Shown piece by piece: positions 22,895 through 33,855 of a stretch of 64,000 bases of DNA. This DNA is from Leidyana gryllorum EB-2025a. Taxonomy: Eukaryota; Protista; Apicomplexa. The translations under genes were made by a program, and so were the position numbers. A model generated the notes under the pieces. The model was not told where the DNA came from, ran no database searches, and saw nothing but the letters and a program-made list of their open reading frames with translations. The stretch is from NCBI GenBank assembly GCA_048772705.1, contig JBLWGC010000051.1:248001-312000 (forward strand), written 5' to 3'. The first letter of the stretch is position 1, and every line of letters starts with the position of its first letter.

Positions 22895-25720
22895 ATGAAC
22901 ACAGACAGCACTATAGCTGACACTTCACCATCTGCCCTGACTCCGACAAAACTGGATGTATGGCTGGCCACCCCACCCTCTTCTACCGCAGGCGGTCAAT
23001 CCCCCATCCCTTCGCTAGCGCCTCTTCTAAGGTGAGTTCTCCCTTCAATGACTCCCCAGCACAACCCCAGATTCTTTACGGACATGGAAAACAGCGATCG
23101 GAAGGCACTTAGGGAGGCTATGACTCAGATAGCTCGGATGTTAGACTCGGATACGAAGGCCTCAGAGGGGGACGAGGAGTACACCACTTCGGAGGTTGCA
23201 TCCAAGGCACACGATTCTTCAACCACAGACAATGCGCAGGAGTGGGGTACACCGACTTCAAGTGGACGCTTAAATCATCAGCAGATTGCTGATCGGCGAG
23301 AGGGAAGGTCTTCCAGCAAGAGCCGACGCAACACTGGGGCTCAGATGCGGCGAGACATGAAGCTTGAGGTTCTGGGGAGCCACAAGGCTGCATTTGAGGA
23401 TGATAATGGGTTAGCCTCCGGCAACATTGTTGCTCTGATATTGGTGAGCCTCTTCGGAACCATTGCCATCAATGGCTGACTGACGAATTAATGGCTTGTT
23501 ATGTCATGAAGTGTGGACGTGTCTAATGCTCCCTCCTATGAGAACTCCGGCCCGTCTCGTTGACAGCCAACTGTTATGCTCTTGTTTCCCACAGCGCGAC
23601 CAAGCCGGGTGTCGCATCGTGCAACGTTTGCTAGCCGACGGCAGTGAGCCAATGCAGCGACGTATCATAGCCCAGACAATCCCATACTTTGCACGCTTGA
23701 TGTCAGACCCGATTGGCAACTACTTTTGCCAATCAGCTTTGCATGTCTGCACAAATAGTGAAATCGGACCGATATTGGATCGCGTATGGAAACGTTTACC
23801 CCAAATGTCTAGGAGTCTGTACGGAACCCGAGCCGTCCAACGACTCATTGTGCGGGTATGGAACAACGCGTGTGTCCTAGCCCATTTTCTCCCGACAGGG
23901 CGCTGGACAACATAGCGCCCGCCTCATGGAGGCGTTCAAAGGCCACATCAAGGATTTGGCAGTGGACGTCTGTGGAAGTCATGTTGTCCGCCAGCTCATT
24001 GAGTCGCTACCCCCTGATCATGTGGAAGCTGCTCATGCTGAGCTTCGCGCCCAGATTCCCGGCATTTCTACCACAAAACGGGGTGAACAACATATTGTGA
24101 CTATTCGATTTAAGCTTCTCAGGATGCTCTGCAATTCAACAATGTCTGGACCATGGAAGCGCGGCGCAGAAATCCCGAATGACCGCGAGCATACTTCCAC
24201 ATACACGGACACTTATCCAGGATCCCTTCGGCAACTATGTGGTCCAACATGTTATGAGACTACGCGACGACGAGACCAACAACTACATCATTGAACTCGT
24301 CTTGCTTGATTTGGGTATCCTCAGCAAGCATAAGTTTGCGAGCAATGTTGTCGAGTTGTGTATCAGGATGTCCAATCCATATCAGCTGGGATCCTTTGTG
24401 GGAGCACTCGTATCGTCCGGGATACGCAATGTGCACGATCTGCTTGAAGATTCATTCGGAAACTATGGTACGTTGCGTCCGTACTTGCTCACACACACAC
24501 AAACACACACAATTCTGAGTTCGACTTTCCGCTCAATCTCTCTTTTTGTGAATCACCCCCTCTCTCCGCATACGCGAAGCACCCAGCGTGCGGTTGGTTT
24601 GGGTGACCGACGGCGGCCCCGATTGTCAATAGTTGGTACACTCACCGCAAGGTACCCCCGGTTGCCGGCGTACCGTTGCATGCTATGCTGTGTATTGTAA
24701 CCGCTCAGCGCGAAAAGTCGGGCTGAGCCGCACGGTAGCACGCGAGAGAAGGAAGTGATGGGGAAGACGACATGTGTTTGGCCCGCAATAGCTATTTGGC
24801 GTGGCAAAGGTGATGATGATGAGTGTGGTGCGCTAAGCCCCCTCCTTCACACCTGTCTCTTCCGTCACTTTCGAACTATGTCGGCCCGGATGGCTAGCGT
24901 GAAACGAAAATTCAGTCCGCCTGCCTGTCTGTTGCCAAGTGCCCGTGTTATGTATGCCCTTTCACCTGCTGATCGACTGATCAGCCACCCGTGTTCACCG
25001 AGACAGGATAATTTGTCAATGATTATCCGCTGACTCACTTTTACTCTATCAAAATGGCTTTCCGCAGTTATACAAATCCTTTTGGAATGTATTCCGCACA
25101 ACACATTCAGTCCTCTTGACCGCGTTGTGGCATTGTGTTTACCAAGCCTCAATCAAAGTGTGCATGGACGCCGTGTGTCTCAAATTCTCCTGACCCGATT
25201 CCCATTTTTGGCGGGGGCGTGTCTTAACGGGATGCCGTTGATGCCGAAGCTCGAGAACACCGACAACACTTGGACAGATTCCAGTGCAGTGCCGCAAAGT
25301 GATGGGTCAATGGAACCTCGAAGCAGCACTCATCATAGCAACGGGAGATCCAGCTCATCTGGCAACGAGATCCCCCAGATCAGTCCAAGCAGTGTGACGT
25401 CGAGACACCGACTGACTCAACGGGAGGAGCCGAGCGGTTCTTCCTCCGCGCCCGAGGAGCCGCCCCCCCCGGTTACTGCCGAGACCGAGAACAACCCGCC
25501 TAGTTCGCAAGTTCATACGTTACCGTGCTGGCTGGAAGAGCCCGCCTCTCCTTCACACCAGATTTGCATCACGGCATTTCTGGACAGTAGTGACTCTTCG
25601 TCCCAAGTGGGAGTGCCCCATCGGCTTAAAGCCGTATCATCACGAAGTATGTCTATGGCCCTGAATCGTTACCGCCATACGAGTAGTTTCTCTGGCGGGG
25701 GAGAAGGAGGATTGTGTTGA
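22895..25720 (+). CDS. Pumilio/PUF RNA-binding protein; includes 151-nt (23444-23594) and 600-nt (24468-25067) introns
   Basis: PUF repeats RDQAGCRIVQ, LMSDPIGNYFCQ, YGTRAVQ, CGSHVVR, LIQDPFGNYVVQ, KFASNVVE; splicing 24467 to 25068 completes repeat 8 (FGNY-VIQILLEC) and the cap (SVHGRRVSQIL). Confidence 0.9.
24490..24510. repeat. Imperfect (CA)n microsatellite at the 5' end of the 600-nt PUF intron
   Basis: cacacacacacaaacacacac. Confidence 0.7.
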
Positions 25721-25986
25721 AAACGAGACCTCTTCTCCCACTACCGCTCATCCAAACACCCAACTCCACTACATACAGGATCAATCTGATTAGAAATGGC
25801 CGGATTGTTCCACAACACCACTTGTCGTGACGGAAAGTTAATCGTGCGACTTACGCCATTGGCCTGAATGTGCTAACTGGGCGCGAGGAGGTGCTTTGAT
25901 CTCCGTGCATGCTGCTACTCGATACTTAAGCCCGTTTAAAAAAAAAAACTTCCAAGTTGCGAATTCAACAGCCGAGGGGCTGAGTG

Positions 25987-27045
25987 ATGATCTCCTGGAG
26001 TTCCTTTGTGGCCTTAGCCACCTGTCTGCTGGTGGCAGTGTTGTACAGTATGTCTTTCAATCGTTCAAGAGGGAGACTACGGTCCACTACAGGTTCAAAG
26101 GTCCTATATGCTTATAGAGGACGTGCCAAGACAGTACCACGTGTTGTTCTGGCTGGACTACAACGCTCCGGCAAGACTATCCTATGGCAGCAAGTGGGAT
26201 AGAATTATTAGTCGTTGTTCGTTGAAACCCCCCCTTAGCTCACCGCATCTGAGCCTCCTCGCCCGACTGTAGCGAGCTTGGAATCCAATATGGGCTACTT
26301 TTTGCCCACTACCGCCGCTTCCGTAACACCAGAGGAAGCTCGTCGATTATTCGGCAAAATAGAGATATGCGACACCCCAGGCCACAGCGCCGCGCAGATG
26401 GATCTTGTCAATGACCGACTGTGGGCCGCGATGGCTATAGTTTTTGTGATCAATTCTACCGACAAAGCCTCGATGCGGGAGGCTGCGAGCTATTTATTCT
26501 CCATATTAACCTCCCCTGCCTGGCAGAAGCTCCGACAACCTTTGTGTTTGGTACTCAACCGGCAGTGGGACCGGGGTGCCAGACATCGCAATCTCATTCG
26601 TGAGGACCTGGAACGTGAAATGTAAGTGTGCAGCACAGATAGTCGTTACTTCGATCGATGCGCAGCGAGCGGCTGAACCGTTCACTCGCACAAGCCCCCC
26701 GTCGAGCCCAAATTCCCTCTGGGTGAGGTTATCCCGAAAAGCGTTTTGGCTACAGCCTTCAGTGCAAACTTTGTCAAAAGCTTCCTTGGTAAGATCACCA
26801 GAGGATATTATACTCGCTTCGCGGAGTATAAAAAGTCTGATGGCTTTTCATCCCCCGTGCTGTTGACGCGTCAGCAACGACACGATGGAATATTCCGATT
26901 TTCCGACCTTGACTGCAAACTGATGGTGAGAAGAGCCGACTTATCTGTTGACCTTTCGTCCCAGATGATGGTACACGAGACATCAAATGAGACCAACGTG
27001 ATGGGTGTCAAAGGCTTCATTCAAAGAGCCGCTTTGTGCCGATAG
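25987..27045 (+). CDS. SRPRB: Signal recognition particle receptor beta subunit, multi-exon
   Basis: N-terminal TM segment, VVLAGLQRSGKT P-loop, PTVASLESN, DTPGH, AIVFVINS, EAASYLFSIL, IREDLERE. Confidence 0.85.
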
Positions 27046-27090
27046 GGGGAATGGTCGTTGTCTGCTATGTCTGAGAGAGAAGGGGCTAGT

Positions 27091-27238
27091 TTAGGTGAGA
27101 ATCTGATCTGCAGGTGGTGGCTGGGACAGCGAGTCACCTGTCCCACCTGCCGTACGCTCCATATGAGCTATTCTCGCAGCAAAGGCATCACGCAGCTTGG
27201 CTTCTATTAACTTTCGCGACCAAGTGAAGTCCACCTAA
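27091..27238. ncRNA. Candidate structured RNA between the convergent SRPRB and PPX1 genes
   Basis: Nested complementary stems ttaggtg/cacctaa, gagaat/attctc, gcaggtgg/ccacctgc, gacag/ctgtc and cttgg/ccaag; no family recognised. Confidence 0.3.
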
Positions 27239-27252
27239 GTGCATTACCTATT

Positions 27253-28461
27253 TTACCGGAACCGCCGTGGTGCCTCGCTTACCATGTTGGCATACACAGT
27301 GACTCCCAAATCCATGCACTCGCGCGTCACCTCCACAGCGTATCGGGAATCGGCTTCTCCGCCGGCCTCTGGTGTTGAGGGGACCACTTGCACGAGCACT
27401 TGCTTCAGTTCGGTCGGGGACCCCAGCAGCTGGAAGTGCCACAAGCACCGTTCCGATCCGTCTCTCGACAGTATACACATTTCATTCATTCCATTTCCTT
27501 CCAAATAATGGAGTAAGGTCTTGGCCAATTCGCCAGTGCGGCCAGCCACGCGGAGGGGGAAGGGGACAGAAGCGAAGGGGAGGGGTCTTGGAGTGATGCC
27601 ATGGAAAATCTTGAGGTCGCTTTGGAGTATTTTAGTCCAAGACTCCTGGGCTACGAATGCCATCGCTTTTTCACGTGCGGCTCGTCGAGCCTCTTGTAGA
27701 CTCGATCCATCCTCGAGCTCCAGCGCCTCCAAAAGAGCTTCTGCTGCCGCTTTGTCCCGATCTTGCCATCTGTTTCCATACAAGTCGGGCGCAAAGTCAG
27801 CAGTGTCTTCCTGCAACGTCATCAGCAACAGCTTGAGACAATCTGCGTCCACAGTGACCTCGGACGCGGGCCGGACGGGCTGGAACCCGCAGCCTTTTAT
27901 CAAATGCTCAAGCCATTCCCTTTGGCCCCCGTCAGGAGGGTCGAGCCCCAACACCATTTCCGTTATCAGCGTAGTTGTGCTCCCCAATACTTTCTCCGAG
28001 GAGTTGCAGTAGATCATATGTGGGTTCTTCGCGAGCATCTCCGCTTTTGGCTGGTCTACGTGGTGATCGAACACCCCTACCACACAGCCTCGTTCCCACC
28101 AACCCTTGTTCGCTTCTGTAACATCATTGTGGTCCAGTAGGATCCATTTGCGCCCGCTGAAGGTGTGTTTCCGCCATATGTCTTTTCGGATAACGGGATC
28201 CTCTATGAAGAAGAGGAGGTCCGGGGTGATGTGTGATACGCCAATAGCTGCGGTAGTGAACTCTGAAAAGCGTTTGCGTCCAGTATTGAGAATGGGGTAA
28301 ACCTGAAGGTTATAGGGAGCCAGTTGTGCTAAGGCATATGCCAAAACGAGTGACGAAACAACCGAGTCGAGATCGGCTGACTGGTTGCCAACAAGATACA
28401 GCGTGCAAGTCCCACGTCCACCTTGTTGGATGAAACGAATGTATTCTAACAGTCCTGGCAT
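27253..28461 (-). CDS. PPX1: DHH-family exopolyphosphatase (PPX1/Prune-like)
   Basis: GNQSADLDSVVS, LLDHN, VFDHH, GSTTTLI, EDT and SDLK motifs. Confidence 0.88.
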   Translation of the reverse strand: MPGLLEYIRFIQQGGRGTCTLYLVGNQSADLDSVVSSLVLAYALAQLAPYNLQVYPILNTGRKRFSEFTTAAIGVSHITPDLLFFIEDPVIRKDIWRKHTFSGRKWILLDHNDVTEANKGWWERGCVVGVFDHHVDQPKAEMLAKNPHMIYCNSSEKVLGSTTTLITEMVLGLDPPDGGQREWLEHLIKGCGFQPVRPASEVTVDADCLKLLLMTLQEDTADFAPDLYGNRWQDRDKAAAEALLEALELEDGSSLQEARRAAREKAMAFVAQESWTKILQSDLKIFHGITPRPLPFASVPFPLRVAGRTGELAKTLLHYLEGNGMNEMCILSRDGSERCLWHFQLLGSPTELKQVLVQVVPSTPEAGGEADSRYAVEVTRECMDLGVTVYANMVSEAPRRFR

Positions 28462-28501
28462 CACCGCTCAGTCGAAAAAAGAGTGCCTTAAGGGGCAAAA
28501 G

Positions 28502-31500
28502 TCACACTATTTCCCAACCCTGTCCTCCCAGCATGGTTAACTCTTCACTTGAACACGGCAAAGCGATAGACTTGGCGAAGCTTGAGACCATCGGACACGT
28601 ACCCGCGAGCGCCAAACAACGATGATATAGACGCAATGCAGTGCGTGTTGGGGTGTTTTGACTAATGTAGCTGGAAAGAATCATTCCAGCCAAGATGCCA
28701 CATGTCTCTGGGGCTTTGTCCAGCAGCAAATCGGCAACTTCTAACAGCTTCGCCCACAGTCGGTTGCGTCCTGTGTTCCAACGACCCTCGCCCAAAACTG
28801 CCAGCTGTCCGATAAGATACACTGCGTTGGGATCCCGAGCAGCCAACTTAATTATGCCATCCGCAACGTCCTCCGGTGTACCGACACACTCCACCACGAG
28901 GGCAGCGAAGCCCATGCCATTTGGCGTTTCAAGTGCTTGCTGGAAAACTTGACGCGCGGGTCCAACGGGTATGCGCCCTTTGGTCGTCAAATAAGTGATC
29001 AGCGCTTGGAACGCCTTGAGCTCTCTGTCCTTCCATACCTTACAGAAGAGGTAATGAAGGAGTTCTTCGTTATACACAATACCGGTGCAGAAATCCGGTA
29101 TGAAAAGAGATGCTTTCTTGCGCCCACGCGGGTTCCGGTGTTGCATCACTTTGGCTATCTTATTCTGGCCCTTTCCCGATGTCAAACATTGTAGTATGGC
29201 GTCGCCCACCAACTTGATCTGCATTGCATCCGTGGTGAAGACCCGCCCACGCATCAACGCCCATGACGCCCCAGCCTTGTCGCACAACTGTCTGGCCAGC
29301 ATGCAGTCCATCAAACGCCAGACCAACACTTTCGACATATACTGCGGCTTCAGCCGTTTCGCTATCCGGCCAGCAACCTCAGCCGGATCCTGGGTCAACG
29401 AGTCGATCAGAAACTCCATACACCCTTCTGGGAACCAATCAGCGTGTGCAGCCATCAGTCGCAAGACTGCCAACTGAGACCTCCGAGTCATTTTCGGGAA
29501 CAACGCCATCATATGTGGTATCAGAGGTTTCAGCGCTGTGGGTTGACTTCTCATGTTTCTGCCAACCTCCAGGAGCGGACTGATTGTGAACCGAGTAGCG
29601 ATTTCGTCGGAGTGCAACATGTGCTCGTGCAACTTTTCGAAAAGTTCAGCTTGGGATTCGTCGTCCAATCTGGGCCACATGCTGCGTAATAATGCTGTCG
29701 CCGGCAGCAACTCGCTTCGGTACGACTCCTCCGTGTGGCCGGCCCGTAAGATGGCCGCGAGGCATTCTTGTGCGTGCTCCTTAAGACGCGGCACAGAGTC
29801 CACGCGTCCTTTCAGGGCGGTGGCGCTCACCAGGAACTGGGGCAACTTTTCAATTCCTTCGGTGGACAAAATGTCGTCCACCATTGGGTCAACACCTGAC
29901 CGGGCCATCAGCTCGAGCACACGCAAAAGTCGGCCTTCGAAAGGTGGGTCGCGAACGACCTTCTCAGCTGCCTCTCCGCCAGCCTCCGCATGCTGAACGG
30001 TCAGGGCGATTCCCTCTTGGATATGTGTTAAGATCTGATCGCGATATTTTTCAAGCTGTGTTTTACTCAGATTTTGCAGCCCGTCGATAGCTTCAAGTGG
30101 GGCCCAGACTGCGGGGTCGTTGGAGTCACAGTAACCCTCTTCCAGGAAAGTGTTGAATGCTTTGGGCAAATTGCGTAAAACCAACGATGTTAATTCCTGA
30201 TGTTTGAACCACAAGGGACGACTGGATTTGTCCTTGGCTGCGGATGAGATCGTCCCGTGCTGATCATCGCGACGCGTGTGGGCAATCTTGGCAGCGGCGA
30301 CAGGATCAGCACGACCAAGCACTTTCAGGTCGTTGACCAAGTGCCAACTGCCACCTATATACCTCAGTCTCAAATTGACCACTGTCTTGAGCGTAGCAGC
30401 TCTGGCTTGCAGTGTCTTGCGCTTCTTGAAGCCCTTCATATATAGGTGGACATTGAAGTACATGGGGTCCGCATTGAGAGGTATGTCAGTGATGGAGGGT
30501 AGTTGGCCCCTCCCAATGGCAGCAGAAATCTTGTGACGACCGCCGGAGGTTGCTTTGGGGATCAACTCTGTCACGGTGACGAATTGCTCTTCAGTCAGAT
30601 AGCCCAGGACCTTTGCGACTAACAGCTTCTTTATCGTTGCTGATATATTATCGTCGAGTTCCCAATTGTCGTCTGTGACTGCGCCAGCAGCGAGCAGCGC
30701 TTCCACCACGTAATCTAAATGAGCAGCGAGTACTTTGGGTCCAAATAGATTGACGGCCTCGAACATCTTGGCTCTGACTGGGCACTGATCATTCTTTGTC
30801 TTGGCCACCTTTTCAAAGAAAGAAAGTCGGTACTCCGGCAGTCGCAATGCCAACTTGGCGAATCCAATGAAAGCTTTGCCGCGCACATCAGAGTTTTCGT
30901 CATGAAGTGCGCGTAAAATTGGTGGGCTTCCTTCCTCGTAGGGCAATTCAGCAAACCATCCCAGCCGCTCAACTGTGGCCGTGGCCATATTCGGCAGCTC
31001 CAGCATCCTTCGGGCCTCCGCCTCTCTGATGAACTGAGGGAACGGCAATTTGTCGAGATCAGTGCACCGATCGTGACTACAACGCATCGCAATGTGATTC
31101 TCGGTCCACCAATCACGCCAAGCAGCTTCGGGTACGGTATTCCGCTTCACCGGCAGCTTGTAGCCGGCGGAGAAGAGCTGTAAAACTTGACGGCCGAGGT
31201 CCAGGTCCAGAGGAGGGATGAAGAAGCGGCGGCCTCGATGTCGCATACTCAGCTGACCGCGGTTATGAGTCGGGTGCGTATGGCGGAGCAGATCAACGGC
31301 GAGGGAGAGCGCTCGGGGGAAGTCAATGCGGAAAGCCGCTGGCCATACTTTATCCATTTCGAAGTTGGTAGGAAGCAATGTATGGGATTGGACTACCTTC
31401 TCAATGACTGTAAATGCTCGTGCAGGGTCCAAAGAGATGGATCTGGTAACGACTTCTTCTATCAAGCTCAATACCCAGCTGGGGTCGAATCTTGTTTTCC

Positions 31501-31885
31501 CGTCCAACATATCCTCAACATAACGAAGGGCTACAAGCGGCCTTTTGTGGCACAGACGTCTCATACAACGGATATCCAATTCATTCTTCGTAGGCTCCAG
31601 ATACCGACAAGCGAGGGGTTCCGCTCGCAGAGCCTCCAAGCTTTCAGGTGTCAGCTCCTGGAGTCGACCCGCACGTGACAACTCACGGGCGATTTGGACT
31701 TTGGATACTTCCCATTTCAGCAACTTTTCGAATGTAGGAATCGGGTGTTTATGTGCTACCAGCAGGCGCCAGGCTGCTCGTCGTACGCTCTTCCGTTCGG
31801 ACACATCGCCTAATACCTCACACAAGAGCTTTGGCTGCTCAAGTCTCGATATCTTATGCAGCTGGTAGACGGGGTGTGGTATCAT
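28502..31885 (-). CDS. Large intronless alpha-solenoid (HEAT/ARM-like) hypothetical protein, ~1,127 aa
   Basis: 3.4-kb open frame, Leu/Ala-rich and helical; HEAT-like ILRALHDENSDVRGKAFIGFAKL. Confidence 0.8.
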   Translation of the reverse strand: MIPHPVYQLHKISRLEQPKLLCEVLGDVSERKSVRRAAWRLLVAHKHPIPTFEKLLKWEVSKVQIARELSRAGRLQELTPESLEALRAEPLACRYLEPTKNELDIRCMRRLCHKRPLVALRYVEDMLDGKTRFDPSWVLSLIEEVVTRSISLDPARAFTVIEKVVQSHTLLPTNFEMDKVWPAAFRIDFPRALSLAVDLLRHTHPTHNRGQLSMRHRGRRFFIPPLDLDLGRQVLQLFSAGYKLPVKRNTVPEAAWRDWWTENHIAMRCSHDRCTDLDKLPFPQFIREAEARRMLELPNMATATVERLGWFAELPYEEGSPPILRALHDENSDVRGKAFIGFAKLALRLPEYRLSFFEKVAKTKNDQCPVRAKMFEAVNLFGPKVLAAHLDYVVEALLAAGAVTDDNWELDDNISATIKKLLVAKVLGYLTEEQFVTVTELIPKATSGGRHKISAAIGRGQLPSITDIPLNADPMYFNVHLYMKGFKKRKTLQARAATLKTVVNLRLRYIGGSWHLVNDLKVLGRADPVAAAKIAHTRRDDQHGTISSAAKDKSSRPLWFKHQELTSLVLRNLPKAFNTFLEEGYCDSNDPAVWAPLEAIDGLQNLSKTQLEKYRDQILTHIQEGIALTVQHAEAGGEAAEKVVRDPPFEGRLLRVLELMARSGVDPMVDDILSTEGIEKLPQFLVSATALKGRVDSVPRLKEHAQECLAAILRAGHTEESYRSELLPATALLRSMWPRLDDESQAELFEKLHEHMLHSDEIATRFTISPLLEVGRNMRSQPTALKPLIPHMMALFPKMTRRSQLAVLRLMAAHADWFPEGCMEFLIDSLTQDPAEVAGRIAKRLKPQYMSKVLVWRLMDCMLARQLCDKAGASWALMRGRVFTTDAMQIKLVGDAILQCLTSGKGQNKIAKVMQHRNPRGRKKASLFIPDFCTGIVYNEELLHYLFCKVWKDRELKAFQALITYLTTKGRIPVGPARQVFQQALETPNGMGFAALVVECVGTPEDVADGIIKLAARDPNAVYLIGQLAVLGEGRWNTGRNRLWAKLLEVADLLLDKAPETCGILAGMILSSYISQNTPTRTALRLYHRCLALAGTCPMVSSFAKSIALPCSSEELTMLGGQGWEIV

Positions 31886-33784
31886 GATCTCCAAGTTTTT
31901 TTACTTTCTCTCTTTACTACAAAGTATTGGTCACTACTCCACTGATCATCTGGTCGTGTCGGCTGTTCCAGCGTCTCAATCTTCGCACGCAGTTTTCTCT
32001 GCTGATTCTCCAATCGCGCAGCCTCCCAGTTACTCTTTGAAATTCGTTCCTCATCAGCCTCCTGCCGTCTCTCTCGTCTTCGCTCGTCGTTCTTCTCCAC
32101 TATCCGGTTGTGAGACAGGGTACTCTGGAGCACATTGTTCAGTATCTTCTTTCCGTCGCCGTCCATCTCGCTCTCAAGCTAAGTTCGTCCTCTAGCTCCG
32201 CGTGTTACCCATGAAAAGTAATTGCACCTTCCTTGTGCGCCATCATTTTTCGACCCACCAGACGGGTAACAGCAGGTCCAGAACTGCTGCCCATACGTCG
32301 GCCCGCTTTTCTTTGTTCGCCGCAGAACACAGGGCAATCTGAAAGTGTCTATGGTTACGCCCCGACCCCAGAAGGACTCACTTGTGCTCACAACGAGGAG
32401 CCGTTGCTGCCATCTGAAAGTACCGTTGACGCTCGTCCACACTCAGATACTGCGTCGCCTCGTCCATCTCGGCGACCTCCTTTTCTGTAAGACCGTATCC
32501 ACCACCCGACAGAAGTTGCTGGCCACTAAAACCTGACGGGATGGGCTTTCTTCTTAATGACACTTTCGAAGGGGTATTGCCACCGCTCACGGCTTGCAAC
32601 TCCTCTCTACCGACCCGAGACAGTCCGCTGCCGTCAGCTCCTCTGTCGTGGGCCGCTGGATGCTCCCAGATGTAGTATTGTGGCGGCGCTTTGGTCTCGG
32701 CCCGCAGTGAACTGAACGGAAGGGTGAGAGTCACCGGACAGTGGTCGCTGCCATGGATCTCGGGCCGTATCTCTGCAGCCGCGTACATATCCACCACTCG
32801 GGCAGGTGCCAGAATGTAGTCCAATCGCGCTCCGTGGTTTAGCGCACGAGCTCCACTCACTTGACTCCAGCAGGTGTAACAGGATGATTCTGAGGGATGG
32901 AGGACGCGGAAAGTGTCCACCAGATCAAATTCACGACAAAAGTTCGCCAACCATCTCGACCCCATCATCTGATGAGGCGCAAGATTACTTTTGTTCGAGT
33001 CTGCAACGTCAGCCACGACATTCAGATCTCCAGCGACGAACAGAGGCCGATGCTCAACATTGATCAACTCATCAGCTATCAATTCAACACATCTATCGGT
33101 AGAAAGATACGTATACAAACGTACTCGAACTGCGCACCTACTGGAGGAAAGCTATCTTTGTGGGCAGTCGCTCCATTTTAGTCAGCGCCACACCGTACAA
33201 GTTGAGAACAGCTGGTCCGTGGTCGCCGAACCTCACTGTCAGCGCCCGTCCTTCCTTTTCCAAGGCTCTAAGGCGACACGACATAGGGTGAGACGACATT
33301 TGAAGAGAGAATCTTACTCGGCTGTTGCTCGGAGATCAGTCAGTAAGTGACGGCGATGGTTTCGGGCAGCCGCCCGGTCAAAGGCCCACATTGCCCCCTG
33401 TTGGAAAGATATGGATCGCCATTCCTCTGGCCAGTCGACAACAGAAGAAGATAGCAGATCATCACGGACGAAAGTAGACACACCATATCTTGGACCGCCA
33501 TCCGGCACTGCCAAACAATGTCCCGAGCGCCAATTTGGTCTGGTGAAAGAGCGAAAACTTATCACCCCTGAACGCGTGGCCAGGCCTCACACATTTTGCA
33601 GTCCAGCCGAGCTGGAGACCTTGACTTCTTGGAGCATCACGATGGCGGCACAGTATCTGTCGCTCACGTTCTCCAGCATCTCTGATAGTGTTTCATCCTT
33701 GGCGCGCCGCAGTAGACTGCTCTCGACGCCATTCACGTTCCAACTCAACAGTAACAGTTGAGCAGACGACGGGGCTTTTCCCAT
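31882..33784 (-). CDS. APEX2: AP endonuclease 2 (ExoIII family) with C-terminal GRF-type zinc finger; ends at 32179, or at 31882 if the 30-nt intron 32179-32208 is spliced
   Basis: SWNVNG, LQEVK, YGVSTF, AGDLNV, LVDTFR..HP, YTCWS, GARLDYIL, GSDHCPV; Zn finger PRCEH...KKSGPTYGQQFWTC...RCNYFSW. Confidence 0.9.
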
Positions 33785-33855
33785 GGTGGTGGTGTGTCAC
33801 GCTTTTCATCCCGAATGGCGATAGAAAGGAGTTTGTTAGCACAATAAAACAGTGG

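Noticed and set aside
27061-27155. TPP riboswitch-like words (CTGAGA...CTGATC) and a CCTAAAC telomerase-template-like word on the minus strand
   Set aside because: The TPP P5 loop (UAAU) and P1/P2 pairings are missing, and the template-like word is short and at the wrong end of the folded region
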